Assembly (NCBI GenBank): GCA_008632985.1
Contig: QPGO01000052.1
Coordinates: 1-64,000 of the forward strand
Source: Psammoneis japonica
Taxonomy: Eukaryota
Length of the DNA stretch: 64,000 nucleotides
Direction: 5' to 3'
The first letter of the stretch is position 1; the number at the start of each line of letters is the position of its first letter. The notes below the pieces were generated by a model, which saw only the letters and a list, made by a program, of their open reading frames with translations, had not been told where the DNA came from and did not search any database. Made by a program: the position numbers and the translations under genes. Of the stretch, positions 50,048 to 63,299 are shown piece by piece.

Positions 50048-51682
50048 TTATCGTCTAGACATTTCCGTTGGAAGTGAAACTATACCCTTGCACGCCAAAT
50101 GAGGCATGGCGTTTCCAAATCCTGTACGCAAAACAAATTCCTTAGCATCACTGCCGCACAGAGTCCACAGCAGTTCGTTCGTCAGTCGTTTGGTGTGAGA
50201 TTCCGTCCATGTTTGAAGGCGTATCAATTTCCAACGCAATGTGCCCTTTTCTGCATCCAAGGGAGACATGTTTTTGGCACCAATAATGTCACTGGTTGAT
50301 CGACGTAACTCTTCTCGAGCCTTTTTCTGAAATGCTTCTTCGCGTTCAGGCGGAAAGACGTAGCTCTTGACCATTTTGAGTGCGTCAGGGTTGGCGATGG
50401 ATACGTTGTTCAGAACAATGAGGATGGGAGTGAGAGTTGCAGCTGCTTGGGTTCCACTTTTGCGGTTATCAACGACATCTGTAACCAATTCATCAAAAAG
50501 AGCAAGGAGTGGATTCATACATTGTTGCTGTACCAAGTACATACTGAGACCAGGTGGCGCGTCCATAAGCATCGAGACAAGCGAAATCTTGCACTCCGTA
50601 ACACGGCTGTTGCCCTGGTCAGATAGTTGGAGAACGCTGATCACGAGTTGATTCGCCAATCTTTCTTCATCAGAGCGCAGTAGGTTTGCCCCAGCACGGA
50701 GCGTAAACAAAATTTGGAGACAAATGGACAAAATATCGGCCCTTCGATCTCTGCTGTCGCCAGGAAACTTTGGGTCCGAATTCAGGCACCAATTCGAGAT
50801 GCTCACAAGAAGTAACTCTAAATCCAGTTTGCTACTCCTGTTTTCCAACCAGGGAGCATCACATTCTTCGTATAGCTTCAGATACGCGTTGATTTGATCA
50901 GATGCGCCCTGCACAGACGTTACCAAGTTGTGTACGTGTCGCACCAGTGTCAAAACAAAGTCTGGAGGCCTCGCTTGCAGCAAGAGCTCCGCCAACACTT
51001 TCAGAAAATTCAAGCCAGTCACCAGGTGTGTTAGTGACATTGCAATGAAAGAATCGCCCATTGGATTGTAAGTCGAGTAAAATAGCGCAAGAGACGCAAA
51101 CCTAGCCGAGTCGTTTTGTCGCGATTCAAGCAGCGCGAGATAAGAGTCGAGCATGCCATGTGAGGAAAGCCTATGGATGAATGATTTGTCCGGTCGAGAT
51201 TCGAGCCGAGGCAAAATGACCTGACTGTTGTAACGAAGAAGATTCTTTGATGCACGTAGGAGCTCCGCTATTGTTCGCAGCTCTTCCGTGTCTTTGATTG
51301 AATTAAAATTGGCTCGTACGAATGATGCGGCGTTGCTCGCTGCTTTGTCTGCGTCGTCGTCAGAATCAATGGTTCCAGAGAACACTACCGCACTGTCGTA
51401 GTTGAATATCATTCCTTCATGGCAGCAGAGCCTTAACATGGAAAACACAAGAAGATTTCCCAGGAGTATCGCCGTAAGTTCCAATTTGCCCGGTTCGGGT
51501 TCGGAAAGATTTATTGCCTCCGACGCGCTGTTGCAGAAGGAAGCCTCGACGTTGTCGTTCCACAGTCGGACTGCGGCTAAATTAAACTGTCTTTTATGAT
51601 CGTTTGGCTTGTTGATGCTCAACGCATGGTGCAGAGACTCAACAAATTCCATTGCATTTGAGTTCCAAGCAGGTCCAAGCAT
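50048..51682 (-). CDS. Ric-8/synembryn-like G-alpha chaperone/GEF (armadillo fold)
   Basis: C-terminal TLRWKLIRL...ELLWTLC...FVLRTGFGNA resembles the Ric-8 conserved block. 5' structure uncertain. Confidence 0.7.
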   Translation of the reverse strand: MLGPAWNSNAMEFVESLHHALSINKPNDHKRQFNLAAVRLWNDNVEASFCNSASEAINLSEPEPGKLELTAILLGNLLVFSMLRLCCHEGMIFNYDSAVVFSGTIDSDDDADKAASNAASFVRANFNSIKDTEELRTIAELLRASKNLLRYNSQVILPRLESRPDKSFIHRLSSHGMLDSYLALLESRQNDSARFASLALFYSTYNPMGDSFIAMSLTHLVTGLNFLKVLAELLLQARPPDFVLTLVRHVHNLVTSVQGASDQINAYLKLYEECDAPWLENRSSKLDLELLLVSISNWCLNSDPKFPGDSRDRRADILSICLQILFTLRAGANLLRSDEERLANQLVISVLQLSDQGNSRVTECKISLVSMLMDAPPGLSMYLVQQQCMNPLLALFDELVTDVVDNRKSGTQAAATLTPILIVLNNVSIANPDALKMVKSYVFPPEREEAFQKKAREELRRSTSDIIGAKNMSPLDAEKGTLRWKLIRLQTWTESHTKRLTNELLWTLCGSDAKEFVLRTGFGNAMPHLACKGIVSLPTEMSRR

Positions 51683-52442
51683 CGCAAATGTTTGTGTGAT
51701 AATTTTAGTTGGGAGTGGGAGAGTTGAGGGCGGGAGCGCAGCCAGCTACCGGTATCATGCCCAACCCCGGCCGTTTTTTAAAATTATTAAAGAATGCATT
51801 TCTAACCTACTTATGATGTCATACTAATACCAAGTTCCATTTCCAACCGACTACTTAGACCCTAATACCAAGCTCTCGACAAGTTGTGGGGTCGTAAGCA
51901 TAGCAGAGGATCACGTTAGTTAGTTATAGAGTTATCACTCTAGAATTCGTCCCTCGCACTTTCCCGTGTAATAAACGTGCTCAGCGAAAAGTTAGTTCCA
52001 TTTCAAATACCCGATACCTTGTTTCAAAAACCCAATACCATGAACATTACACACCTTTTCCATTCTCACAAGACATTGTTGGTTTAAAGTGCAGGAGACC
52101 GACAATACTCGTAAAGTATCTGGGTATTTCTGTCTCCCGACTGACGACTCGTGCTCGTGATTCGAAGTCACGAGTGAAGAAATGTGACCGATTTGTATCG
52201 GTAGATCTTGCCGAGATGGACCATACCATCAAAACAAACCTATTTCATAGCTACGATACACTTCATTAATACAATATTCTGCCTCTCTACAATCTTCAGT
52301 CCCGTTAAAATAGGTCTGTTTGAACATTTCCTGGTCACTCTACAGAGCTCTTGTACACAGCGCCGCTGCCTTTCGCATGGAAAATTTGAGTTTCTCAGCG
52401 GCAAGAGCAACTGTTCATTTCTTTGCCCTTCCAATGAGACAA

Positions 52443-54406
52443 CTAGAAGTCGTTGAGTACCAACAACGACTCATCAAGTTGAAGCGCAGCATTGTCAAGT
52501 CGCTCGAGTCCTCGACAAAACTTGTTGTAATTGACCTTGTCCAGCTCGTGATCATTTTCGTCCGTCGTGCCTGTCCTTGCTTCTTTTGCCCGTTCGATCC
52601 AATCTTTCCCGACCTCCATCTCGTGCTGTCGTCGAAGGCGGATACGAAAAAGCGCAGTAGTCACGTTGTTTGACACGGTACGGAGTATCCGTGTGCGGTC
52701 GACGGACCAAAGATATATAGCATTAGCTGGATTGTGCTGTTTAGACTGCTGGAGACTCATCAGTTGGATATAATTTGATCTGTACAATCGATGAAGTACC
52801 TGTAAGAAGAATAGCAACGTTCGTTAGTTCAAACAATTTCGTGACGTGGGTAGAGGTCTTACCACTTTAGATGTGGGCTTCGACGTACCTCTCGAACGTC
52901 TTTGGCTGGAACCATTGCAGCTTCCGCAATGGCATCCGACTCTTGTTGACCTGAAACTTGTAGATATGAACAGATTCTCGCCGCTATTTCTCCTTGGCTG
53001 TCCAGAACTATTTGATGCAGAAGACGCTCCTTTAAGTGGCTCACTAAGGAGTCCACGGCGATTTGAAATCTGCCACCTTGGGGGTGTCCTTCTGCCACTT
53101 CAACTTCAATCAACACCATTGGCCAAGTAAACTTAGATAGTTCCAAAAGTGCGTTGGACAGATTAAAAACAATCGAACTCATGTTTCGACTGGTGTCGCC
53201 ACTACCTGCCTCGAGAGCCTCTCTAACCGGGATGGGAAGATACGGAATGATATCTCCGGGACAAAACATTCCTTCCGCATTTCCTCCGTCGTCTTGAGGT
53301 CCTATCTTGCCATGCCGGCAATGCGCAACATATTGGAGCGCCGCAGTCACCATGGATCCGCACCTTGGGACTTTGTGGCCGTAACGTTCGGACACGAGGC
53401 GTCCTAGGCAGAAAGCCCGCAGAGCATGATGGTATCTAGCTATATTTACCCGCCAGATAGCGTCAAGTGGCAACTGCAGGCGATACGGTGTTCCCTGAAG
53501 CATCGATACGATCTTCTGTTGGATGGGATCTTTTTGTTCTTCTGCTTTGTCCACTCGTTTCAAGGTGTTCGTCGTCTTTCGTCGCTTTTCCGGTGGAAGT
53601 GAGATTTCTGGCGTTGTTGTCTCATCAACAAATTCCAGTTCCTCTGTCTCGTCTCCAGACATTATTGACGTAGTCCGCTCGATGAAACCGCCTGAAGCCA
53701 TGCGGACAAAGCTTTCAACAACTCCCTTGATTGTATCCTCCTTCTCGGTCTCGGTCATGACCGTATTGGCTTGCTGCATAATAGCATCAACTGCTCCAGA
53801 AACAGCCTTAAGGGTTTCCATGCGTCCGTTCACAAGTAACTCCTCGACAAGAGCGGCTCCCTTGTCGTCCACGGTTTTCCTCGTGTACTCGATGTATCGC
53901 GCGTACCTCGGCAAAAGTCTTGCACGACAAACGTCAAAGCTATAGTGATAGGTCGATGCATTGTATCTCTTCCGCTTGTTACCTACAGTGTCCTTGACCC
54001 TATCTACTACATGGATCTTCACTAGAGAGTGCTGCAAAAGAACGAGGAGAGAGGCACGGATTGACTCGGTCTCCACGACGTATCCGGCACTTTCTGGGCC
54101 ACGAGCTCGATGAACGCGAAAGTGAGCATGTCGCTGCTGAGAGTCATGCTTCTTCCTCTTAACCAAACGGCCCACTAAGCGCTCACGCTCTTCATTCCAC
54201 TCCCTGCAACATCTACTACGAACGCTTGAAACCAGTTGAGACAGCGATGAAGTTCCTCCTCGACTTTGCAAACAGTCGGCCACCGTTTGGACTATTGGGC
54301 CAAAATGATCTCGAATGCAGTTCGACGCTAGCGAGATAGAGGGGTCGTGTGCAAGCGGAGCCAACGGCGAAGTATGCACGAAACCTCCAAACGGGTTGCT
54401 GGCCAT
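52443..54406 (-). CDS. POLR3C: RNA polymerase III subunit RPC3 (C82/RPC62); intron 52800-52888
   Basis: IRDHFGPIVQTVADCL, SLLVLLQH, EELLVNGR, WRVN, AARI...AMVPAKDVRE|VLHRLY...IYLW; GT-AG intron keeps frame. Confidence 0.88.
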
Positions 54407-54539
54407 GGTGTCTCCTGCCTTTGTTGTGTCGTCCTTTTTGCTCGGCTTGAGGCTGGGCGCTGGGCGCCACCCGCCGCATGCAACCCGCAACCGAACCCGC
54501 GCAATCAACGCGCAACCCACTCACGGCTCGCCGTCGCAA

Positions 54540-54745
54540 AGTAGGAACCTCTCTACTCTAGTAATCATAGCTACTAGAGGGCCCTACTGTAGAGATAGAG
54601 GACGCGGACGCTGATAGAGGCAATGCAAATGTATCTCTATCTCTACTGTAGAGGGCCTAGAGAGTAGAGAGCTACTCCAGCTGAGATAGCCCTAGAGCTG
54701 GCAGGTGGGCCTAGCTGGGATGCGATGCCACCTGTAGCCAGCTAC
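54540..54745. promoter_or_regulatory. TpA-rich island upstream of RPC3
   Basis: ctagagggccctactgtagag, gtagagggcctagagagtagagagctac. Confidence 0.55.
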
Positions 54746-55285
54746 TTCTAATATCACAATGAAGAGCACTCTTCTACCGGAATGGATTCAACAAGTTTAA
54801 ACTGGAATCGATAATACGGTAGGAAAGGCATAAACTCTCGTTTTAAATATACTGTTAAAATACATTCCACGTGGCAAGGACCTCGGGCCCCTTGCTTCGC
54901 GCCCAAAGCGATGCATTGCTTGCCAACGCTCTACGGCACTGCTACTGTTGGGACTTTCATTGTGAGGCTCTTCAAGGACGATCCTTGCACCAGTAGAAAG
55001 GACTAGACCTGGAGAGAGTTACTTCTACTACTTATCGCTGATCTGTCGAAAGACACTTCAGTCAAAGAGTGACAGAATCTAATTCTCGTTGTCGACACAT
55101 CACCATGAGTTCACGCAATTCGAATACGGAAGTAGGGTGATCTCTCTTGCAGGATCACACAGTGGCAGATCAACTGGTGAATAGCTCACGCCATTTTCCA
55201 TCACATAAGGTTTACATAAAGACGACCAAGAAGTTGCAGCTGCATTCACTGTCGTAAGATCAAGACGTGGCTTGCAAGAACCGCA

Positions 55286-56059
55286 TCAATATTGCTCTTC
55301 CTCGTCCAATAATCCAGTGGTTTCGACGTCGGCCATTCGATTCGTCGTCTCCGCCATCTGCATAAGATTTGTGTTCTTAGGGACGTCCTTGGCAATTGCT
55401 CGAACGGACAAAGCGTTGGTCACAGACGTGCCGATGACCAACGGGAGCGGGTTGGCTAATAGCATCGATGCTCCCATACCAATGTAGGAGGGCAAAACGA
55501 GTGCACACCCTTTTTTGTCGTTTTCGCGAAGCGACAGCAATCTGATTGGCTCGAAGAGCTCGTGTACTTCTTGCTCTCTGTCAAGGTCGTTTTCTTCCGC
55601 ATGGCGAATGACGCATTGAATTAGCTTCTTGCATAGTATCTGAGCAACGTCATTGATCTCCTTCCCTTGCGAGGGCGGAGGCCATTTCTGTGCCGACAGC
55701 GCTAACAAGGCGCTAAGCTGTGCGTAAGAACAGATCACGTGTTCCTCTGCGCCAGTTTTCACGGTTTTCGTGCCGTCTTCCTGCCTTACAAGCAGGTAAT
55801 CGCTGAAATCCTCCTTTGATATTGCATCTTTCAGAGCTTCCGCAGGAAACACTTCCGGGGCACTCAACATGGCATACAGCAACGAGTGCTCCACTGGAGT
55901 GACAAAGCCTCTGGATGGATATCGAAAATCTCTGCTGTTTCTTTGAATGTTCTTTAAAGCAACGGCTTCGGAGCCAACAGCGTTGGGGTTCCTCTTCGAC
56001 ATGCTCTTTGTTCTATTTCTGCTCCACATTGTGTCGTTCCCGTTAGCAATCACCGGCAC
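55286..56059 (-). CDS. Hypothetical protein, ~250 aa, hydrophobic segment near C-terminus; start uncertain
   Basis: Long ORF with normal Tyr and TA content in a gene island; no domain recognised. Confidence 0.65.
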   Translation of the reverse strand: MPVIANGNDTMWSRNRTKSMSKRNPNAVGSEAVALKNIQRNSRDFRYPSRGFVTPVEHSLLYAMLSAPEVFPAEALKDAISKEDFSDYLLVRQEDGTKTVKTGAEEHVICSYAQLSALLALSAQKWPPPSQGKEINDVAQILCKKLIQCVIRHAEENDLDREQEVHELFEPIRLLSLRENDKKGCALVLPSYIGMGASMLLANPLPLVIGTSVTNALSVRAIAKDVPKNTNLMQMAETTNRMADVETTGLLDEEEQY

Positions 56060-56304
56060 TTTTTGTCTTGGTGTTTTGAAGCTCGTCTTCTTTCCCCTTT
56101 GTCATCGGCGAATAGTTTCATCATCGTATGAGGGGAAATGACTTGCTGACGCCCTGGCCGAAGATGAATGCATCATGTTGGATGCTTGCTTGCTGGGTTT
56201 GTTGGTTTGTCCGTCTCATTTTTGTGTACTCCCAGTGGCCGCGTACAGTACGTTCGATCGCTTGAGTGCATTCAGCGCTCACGCGCCCCGCCGCCCAAGC
56301 CAAG

Positions 56305-56540
56305 TATGGTACCGGTAATATAATACACTGTAGTGTAGCTCCTCTATCTACTAACTCTACTACTTAGTAGCTAGCTACTTAAGAGATTAGGTAATGTAGA
56401 GACTCTCTATTCATAGCTAGCTAGCTAGGCCCTACAGTCCCTTGACGCGCCCGTGGAGGTCCGGCAGAGAAAATGCAGCAATGTCCTAATCGCATTCTCT
56501 CTCTCTAGCTAGAGACCTATAGTACTTGTAATAGAGAGTC
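56305..56540. promoter_or_regulatory. TpA-rich island upstream of the 55286 ORF
   Basis: ctctactacttagtagctagctac, tagctagctagctaggccctacag. Confidence 0.55.
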
Positions 56541-56667
56541 CAAGACAACAGTAAATTATAAAACCGTAGATCATGTGAAAAATGACCTGAAACACATTAA
56601 AATTGTACCTTGGCGCTAGTGCGAAGAAAGAGTTGCAAATTTCTGCATCGTTGTACAAGGGTGGACG

Positions 56668-59298
56668 TCATTCGTGCCGGTAAAGCAACTTCAAATTGAT
56701 ATCTTCATTGTTCGACAACTTATCCGCGTAGACACCAAGAGCCCCCCATGGCTCCTCGTACCCCGTTGTGATGGAATAATGGGGCTGGCGGTTTGATAGT
56801 CTTGGGCGTACTTGCGCAGGAAGTCTAGTTGATGCAAGTGCTGTCTTGGACACGTCTGGCAGGTTTGTTGTAGCAACCATCATATTGCGATCGACGTCCG
56901 TAAATCGGAATGCCCCATGATCAGCGGTGTCAGCCTAGTTCCAAAATCCAGGAAAGATGTTCAATAATCAAACATACATGTGGTCAATCGAAAATCACAC
57001 TTCACTTACTGCTAAAATAAGAGCATCCCCGTGGTCTGGTGAAAACTTTTGTTTCAATAAAGTCGATTCGTCAAAGGGCGGCAGCCATCCTGGGTTATAC
57101 CTGGTAAGCATGTAACTGTGTCCGAGAACGTCGTTTACAGCCATGCCTAACGCACACGGACCACAGAGGAGTAAATCGAACCCTGATCTCGGCTTCCAGA
57201 CCTCCATGTCATCTTCCGTGGCTGAATGGCAGATGTCGCGTTCAATGTCGTATATATCCGCACGATTCAGAACGAATGTCAATACCCGCTCAACAACTCG
57301 AACCAAAAATATGTGACCTGGCATCGAACCCATAAACCCGTTCCACAAGCAAAAATTTTCGTCTGCATAGTCCGCGACTACGTCAAGAGGCGCAAAGAAT
57401 GACATGTCCGGTGTAATGAATGTATCAAGGTTTGCATCCAGTTTCACGTCAACGTCGGCGTAGACACCTCCATCTCTTAAGAGCACTAGATATCGGAAAA
57501 AGTCAGCCTGCATAAATGAGAAAAATGTACGTGCATCAGCATGTTCGAGGAGGGAATTTTGAGGGAAGAAGCGGTACAAACGAGCATGCATACCTTGTAT
57601 GCTCCTGGAACCAAAGCATCGAAAGCATCAACAAATCGCTTCGGGTAATGCTTCACAATGTAGTCCCGGGCGCTCTGATCGGTGTAGAACCTGTATTCCC
57701 ATCCAGAAGTCTTCCACGTGTTCTGCAACCGCGCAAGATCGGGGTATCGGTCGGACGTGATTTCATCCCACCACGTCTGATGGACAATTCTTGGTATTCT
57801 TCCATGTCGTCGGATTCCATCATCGATAGCTTTTTGTGCCGGCGGTCTTGAAACTGAAACCTCTACTGTCACTTCTTTCCTTTTACTGTTTATAGGTGAA
57901 ACGCAAAAGAATTCCTTCATGTTTCTTGGACAAGGCAGCTTACACGCCGAAAAAGATCCGTAATAAGGAGCTCGAAGACATCGCGTACAAAGCCAACTAG
58001 GAATAACGCCGAGGCGTTTCATGACTTCCTTCGTTGGGGTCTTGAGTTCTTTAACTGGCTCAGGTGTGTTCTTCGCTTCTTCAATAGTCACTGTCATCTT
58101 TGACTGCTGCTGTGGCAGAGCCTGACCGGCATTTGTGGTAGAGTCAGCAAGACTATTTTCAATCGTGACGTAAATGCTGTCCCCTTTATGTAGTAGAGTC
58201 GTAGATCCTTGACTTTCTAATTTGTTTCTGCTGTCCGTGTCAAGAATTGTGGAAAGCAATTCCGCGGGAGAGGTCGTGTTCTGTAGTCCCTTAATATCGT
58301 ACATCAAAGACTTCACATATGAATGGCGAGGAGAAACCGCAAACAGACAAAAGTCCAGATTGTCCTTGCCCGTTTTGGTTTGGTTTGAAGCTAGTTGCGA
58401 AGTGGACTGCGCGAATACCACCGCACCTCGAGCCATACATGGTTTGCTCTCTTCAAGCAAGATGTGGCTGAGTTGTTCATCTTCCGTATCAGAGACATGA
58501 GTAAGATCTCGGACATGGTCTGCGACAAAATAGCCTCCAAACTGATACAGGCTGCAAAGAGCCCAGATATAGATTCTATCTGAGTTTGAGGCGGATCTGT
58601 AGGCTTCCTCAAGACTTCTACAGAAGTGCAAAATCGTCCTCCGCATATCTTCCTTATCAAAGAGAATCACATTACCAGATGCCCCTCGGATTGGCTTGAT
58701 CCACTCTGTAGCTGGAGAATCACGTTCGGGATTCTGGATGGAAGTTTCAGCACAGGCCCCGAGTTGCGCGTGTTGTTGCGCCAGAGTGAGCACGATTCCT
58801 CCCACTCGCTAGCTTGGTATGTTAGATTATGCAGTGAATTTTCTCTTTGAGCAGCTTTGTGAGTGTCTGTACTAGTGCCCCGTTTGAGAGACTATGAGTC
58901 GGCATCTGAATCCCCAACGATTGCAATCGTGACTGTCGTTGTAGCAGCGTTTCGTCATAAACGCGAGAACGAACTTTCGAGTCCACATATAATCCAAACC
59001 GTCCACCTCGAAAGGAATAAGGGGATCCAAATATTGTCCGATGATAAGACCAGTATAAGCCAAGTACGAGAACGCAGAGGCAACAGAAAGCGCGCTGGCG
59101 TTGTTTTCGAGAAGAACAGAAGCGAGATAACCGAATAAGGAAAAAATGAGACAGACCACTGAATGACTTCCAATGTTGCTTCGATTCCTTCTCCGTTTGA
59201 ACCGTCAGGTCGAGCTTTTGGAACGGAAAAGACACACCGCCTCGAAAACGTGGAGACATATCACAGTTGTTGCTTGCAACCGCGCCTCGTTTTTTCAT
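56668..59298 (-). CDS. Glycosyltransferase family 32 (DxD) type II membrane protein; introns ~58809-58872 (probable), 57508-57593, 56935-57009
   Basis: IPRIVHQTW, WEYRFYTD, PGAYK|ADFFRYLVL..GGVYADVD; N-terminal TM; a degenerate first GT32-like segment (SLYQFGGYF). Confidence 0.88.
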
Positions 59299-59682
59299 CT
59301 CATCGTCCTGCTGTGCTTTTTTTGTTTTCCGTTTGTTGTTCCGTCGGCGCGGTCGCGTCGCTCTCGCTCGGCGGTGTACTGTACGGTGTATGTGTTCTGT
59401 GGTTAGACTCTAGTGTGACGTGTGACGGTGGAGCATATTACTTTTATACGGATTTAAAGATCGAAATATTTTAACGGTGCGAACTCTATCGTTTCAAAAA
59501 ATGCTGTTTACAGCGCAGTGCCAGCACATGATGCAACATCATGCCTTCAGCAACGCTGTCATTTTTCGCCCATGGAGACCAGGACATTTGAAAAACGGGT
59601 GACAGCACGCACGCGCACAAAAATTCAGAAATTCTGATTCAAAAATCAACCGTTTGTACGTGCTCACTGTGCTGCACTCTAC

Positions 59683-61180
59683 TGCAGGTCGGCTCACCTC
59701 GCAATGGCCCTCAGTTCGTTGCATCCGTCTCATCCCGATGGCCTGTGTTGTTGCTGCATGGCATGTCAGACCCCCATTTCATTTGCCATGGGCACAAGGC
59801 TGCCGATTGCCTGTGTGTGTTCCTCTCGAGAAGAATCGAATGTCGTTTGATGACTTGCGACTTGTGCACACTGTTCGACTCTCGCCGTTGCCACGGAAGC
59901 ATCGTCTCATCCGTTGGGTTTGGCGAGTCTATCTTTTGGATTATTCTAGGACACGTCATGGCGATTGAATCCAGTGCGGGGGCGGGACACAGTGATCCCA
60001 AGGACTTTTTGCCGCCACACGGCATTGCCAATGCCCTGGGTGGACAGCTCTTGTTCGGTTTGCCGTCGACACCTTTCTCTTTCTTTTGGGACTCCTCGTG
60101 GTGTGGGTGCTTGGCAAGATCCCAACGTCGGTTCCAACTGTGAATCGGAAACGAATGTGGTTTTGCACAAGCACACATTGACCCTGCCGGGACTGTTGTT
60201 GCATCGAGTCTTGAGAACACTTCCCGTCTGTGCGGTTGCACATGGATTCTGGATCATTGTCACCCCTCATCTGGAAGGTGGACCCTTTGGCACAAGTGGC
60301 TTGGTCTTTTAAAGCCGTGCATGGATTGTGGTTGGACCAACTTGCTCTTCACAAACAACTTTGTCCCGTCCGATTTGGCCAATGTGGAAACCTGTTTTTG
60401 CCATTCGTGGTGTCAAGCGATTGACGCTCAGCTCTTTCTGATTGCACCTCTTCTGGTGCACTGGCATCGCCAATGGCAAGTCGGTGGGCGTTGTGCCACT
60501 TTTGCATTGACGGCACTCTCGGTGGCGGTCACGTTTTATTTGTCATTTGTTCGAAGCTGGAGTGTCAACACCTTTGATGGAGCGGCCGTCGCAAGGTTTG
60601 ATGTCGAGGGTCATGCCAAACCGCATGTTTGGGCCCAATCCTGCTTGTCCGGCATTCTCTTGGCCACATGCCTTGGAAAAAAATCGTCTTTGTCGATGAT
60701 GGTTGGTGCCAACACCAAAACAAAATTGTGGCACCGAATCATCATGGGACTTGAGCTTTTGACATTGGCCAGTGTCACTGTTGGCACAGTCACGGGTGCC
60801 TGCAGTCAACAACCCTGGCGCTACGAAGAGTGGCCCATGCTGTCCAAGTGCAAAAGCACGTGGAGTCCAACAGCAACATTTTGGTGTGCAGCAGCTGGGT
60901 GAGCCGCTTGGTCTCTTGCGGCTGCAATCTTTGTTGGCTTGTGTTTGACGGGACACGGTGGCATGGTGGGAACCATTTTGTCTTGGAAGGTGTGGACACC
61001 GCTCTCCCAGCTCAGTTACAGTGCCCACCTTGTCCATCCCATTTGCCTCTTTGCACGGCAGTTGAGCGATGCAAAAAAGGCCAGTTTATCCGTGCTGTCC
61101 ATTGCCATGAACTAGGTGGCCATGGCGGTGGTGAGCTTTGTCGTTGTGTGCGAACTGTCTGACAATGTTGAGCTCTACGG
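59683..61180 (+). pseudogene. Acyltransferase-3 (NRF-6/O-acyltransferase-like) pseudogene with TpA-type mutations
   Basis: FWIILGH, AVDTF, HRVLR, WTNLLFTNNF, CFCHSWCQAIDAQLF (consensus CxxHxWYLAxDxQLF), KPH, WTPLSQLSYSAHLVHP; multiple frameshifts. Confidence 0.85.
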
Positions 61181-61899
61181 CACCTTGTCTTCACAGGGCA
61201 AAACAAATCAAATTCGGTGACCTTGCTGCCAGAGAGAATTCGGCTGCTTAACATGATAGTTTGACTTGGTGCTGCTAGAGGAGTGGTTTGAGTGGGTCTG
61301 AGACTTGTCTTTGCATGAGGTTTTTCTACGCCGATGCCGAGAGATGATCTGTCAGAGGACATGGATGCACCGCAGTGATTCGAATGGATGCACAAGAGAG
61401 CCGCAACCATCGTGCTGGTCAACCGACGGCATTTTAGTGACAGATTATAAACAGGTGACAAACACACATGCTGCAGATGCCGCGATCGGCACAGTCGAGA
61501 AGCGCTTTGTCTTGTCACCAAGAGGACAGGTTCGTTGTGCCTGCATGCTGTACCGAGTCGAAAATTGATAATTTGTGCAGTTCTTTTATCATGAACATTC
61601 TAATTCAGTGCCAAAACAACTCCTTGGAAAGTTGTCGCCGCATGGCAGGACTTCGTTTCCTGATGTTAGCCTTGGCGGGAGGAATGTTGAAGGCTCTCTC
61701 CAGTCATCCCAGCAGCACTTTGTGCACCCACATTTTCGCAGAATGAATGGAAATTCAAAACATGCAAAGCCATCCAATTGTCATCAGTGGCAGCGGAAAT
61801 GTCTGGCAATGAATGCGCTTTGTGTGTCTCGAAGCTGTCTGGGTGCGTCAAGCGTGGCATCAAGGTCAACTCGAGCGACGACGTGGAACGAGCATGATG

Positions 61900-62300
61900 T
61901 GACATGTGGCTTGCCTTGGGTTCCAGGCTAATTTTATGCACAAGCCTGCAATGTAAAGGTTCAATGTCAATGCCTGCTTCTTTACACTGGCAATGCAGGA
62001 GTCATTTCGATCTTGTTGTCTCTAACAATGTTGTCAACTGACTTTCTCGCAACTGCTTGATGTTGCGGATCTTTTGATGTGTGCCATCTTTTTCAATTTT
62101 TTGTGCACGCGGCGCGCTGTCACCCGTTTTTTTAATGTCCTGGTCTCCATTGTGGTGCCATGCGATGGTCTGATTGGCAAGGAGGCTCAAGCCGCCCTGC
62201 GTCAGCTAGTGGGAAAGATTTCTAACAAGTGGCAGAAAAGCCCTGTTTGGAAGTGTGTGGCTTCTTGTCAACACAAGTGAGATTCAGCATGAGGACTCAA
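61900..62300 (+). mobile_element. Decayed 3' fragment of CRE-like (RLE) non-LTR element
   Basis: IVVPCDGLIGKEAQAALRQLVGKISNKWQK then PCLEVCGF, resembling the RLE C-terminus. Confidence 0.65.
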
Positions 62301-63299
62301 CAAACACAGCACAGATGCAGGCCACACTCTTGTGATGCACAAGCATCCAGGACACCAGCCAAATGTGCTGCAGTCAAGCAGCCTCAAATGGTCATGTGTG
62401 GCACATCATGCCAGTGCCACAGCAGCAAAGTCAAGTGAGCAATGACACACCACAGAATTGAGCTTGTCCTGTGTTGCACCCAAGAATGATGGAACATTTT
62501 TGTGGTGCATGACTTTTTTTGAAGTGCGGCTTGTTTGAAAAATGACTGGTGGCAAATCCAGGGAAAAGCTCTAAAAGTCACACCCACATGCATTTCAGCA
62601 AAAGTCAACCTGGGCTCTAAACCTCCTCATTGTGTGTCCAAAGTTTTTCTGCCACAGAGGAGGGGCCAACAAATGGTTTTGCTCAAATGTTGCCATGATT
62701 TTTTGGGTGCAGCACAGGATGTGCTGCAAAGAACAAGAGAGGGGACAACCCCCCATCAAAAGCATGAGTTCAGGCATGCAGCAGATGGGCTGGTCTCTGC
62801 TGAAAAACCCAACAGGGAGGTTGTTGGCAGTGATGAGAGCTTCTCAAAAGCAGCAACAACAACAACCAGCCCGGTGGCAGCATTGCATGTCATCGTGGTC
62901 AACAAACCCTTTTGTTGGATTCCAGTTGACTCCATCTCACAATGAGCATCACACCAAGTCTTCTTCATCTGAGGCAGCAGCAGAGACTTTTTTGTGAGTT
63001 GAATGCCCACCTGTCTTCACGCCAGGAGTTTTTGACACTTGGATGAGTTCAAGTGTCAATTTCCCCCATCAGAAGCCCAGACACAGGCCTCCACACAATC
63101 CAGTGCAAAGTCCATCCATGTTCTTAGTGTGTGCCACACCACATGCATGGCAACATGCTCTCTCATGAGCAGATTGCTGCTTTGTGCTGGAGCTTTAGTG
63201 CACCTTGACACACAGACTTGCAGATCCTTGGTTGAGCAGCTGTGCCTCTGTTCTCTTTGAGATCTTCATGAACATGGAACATTTTGATGACAGCAGGAG

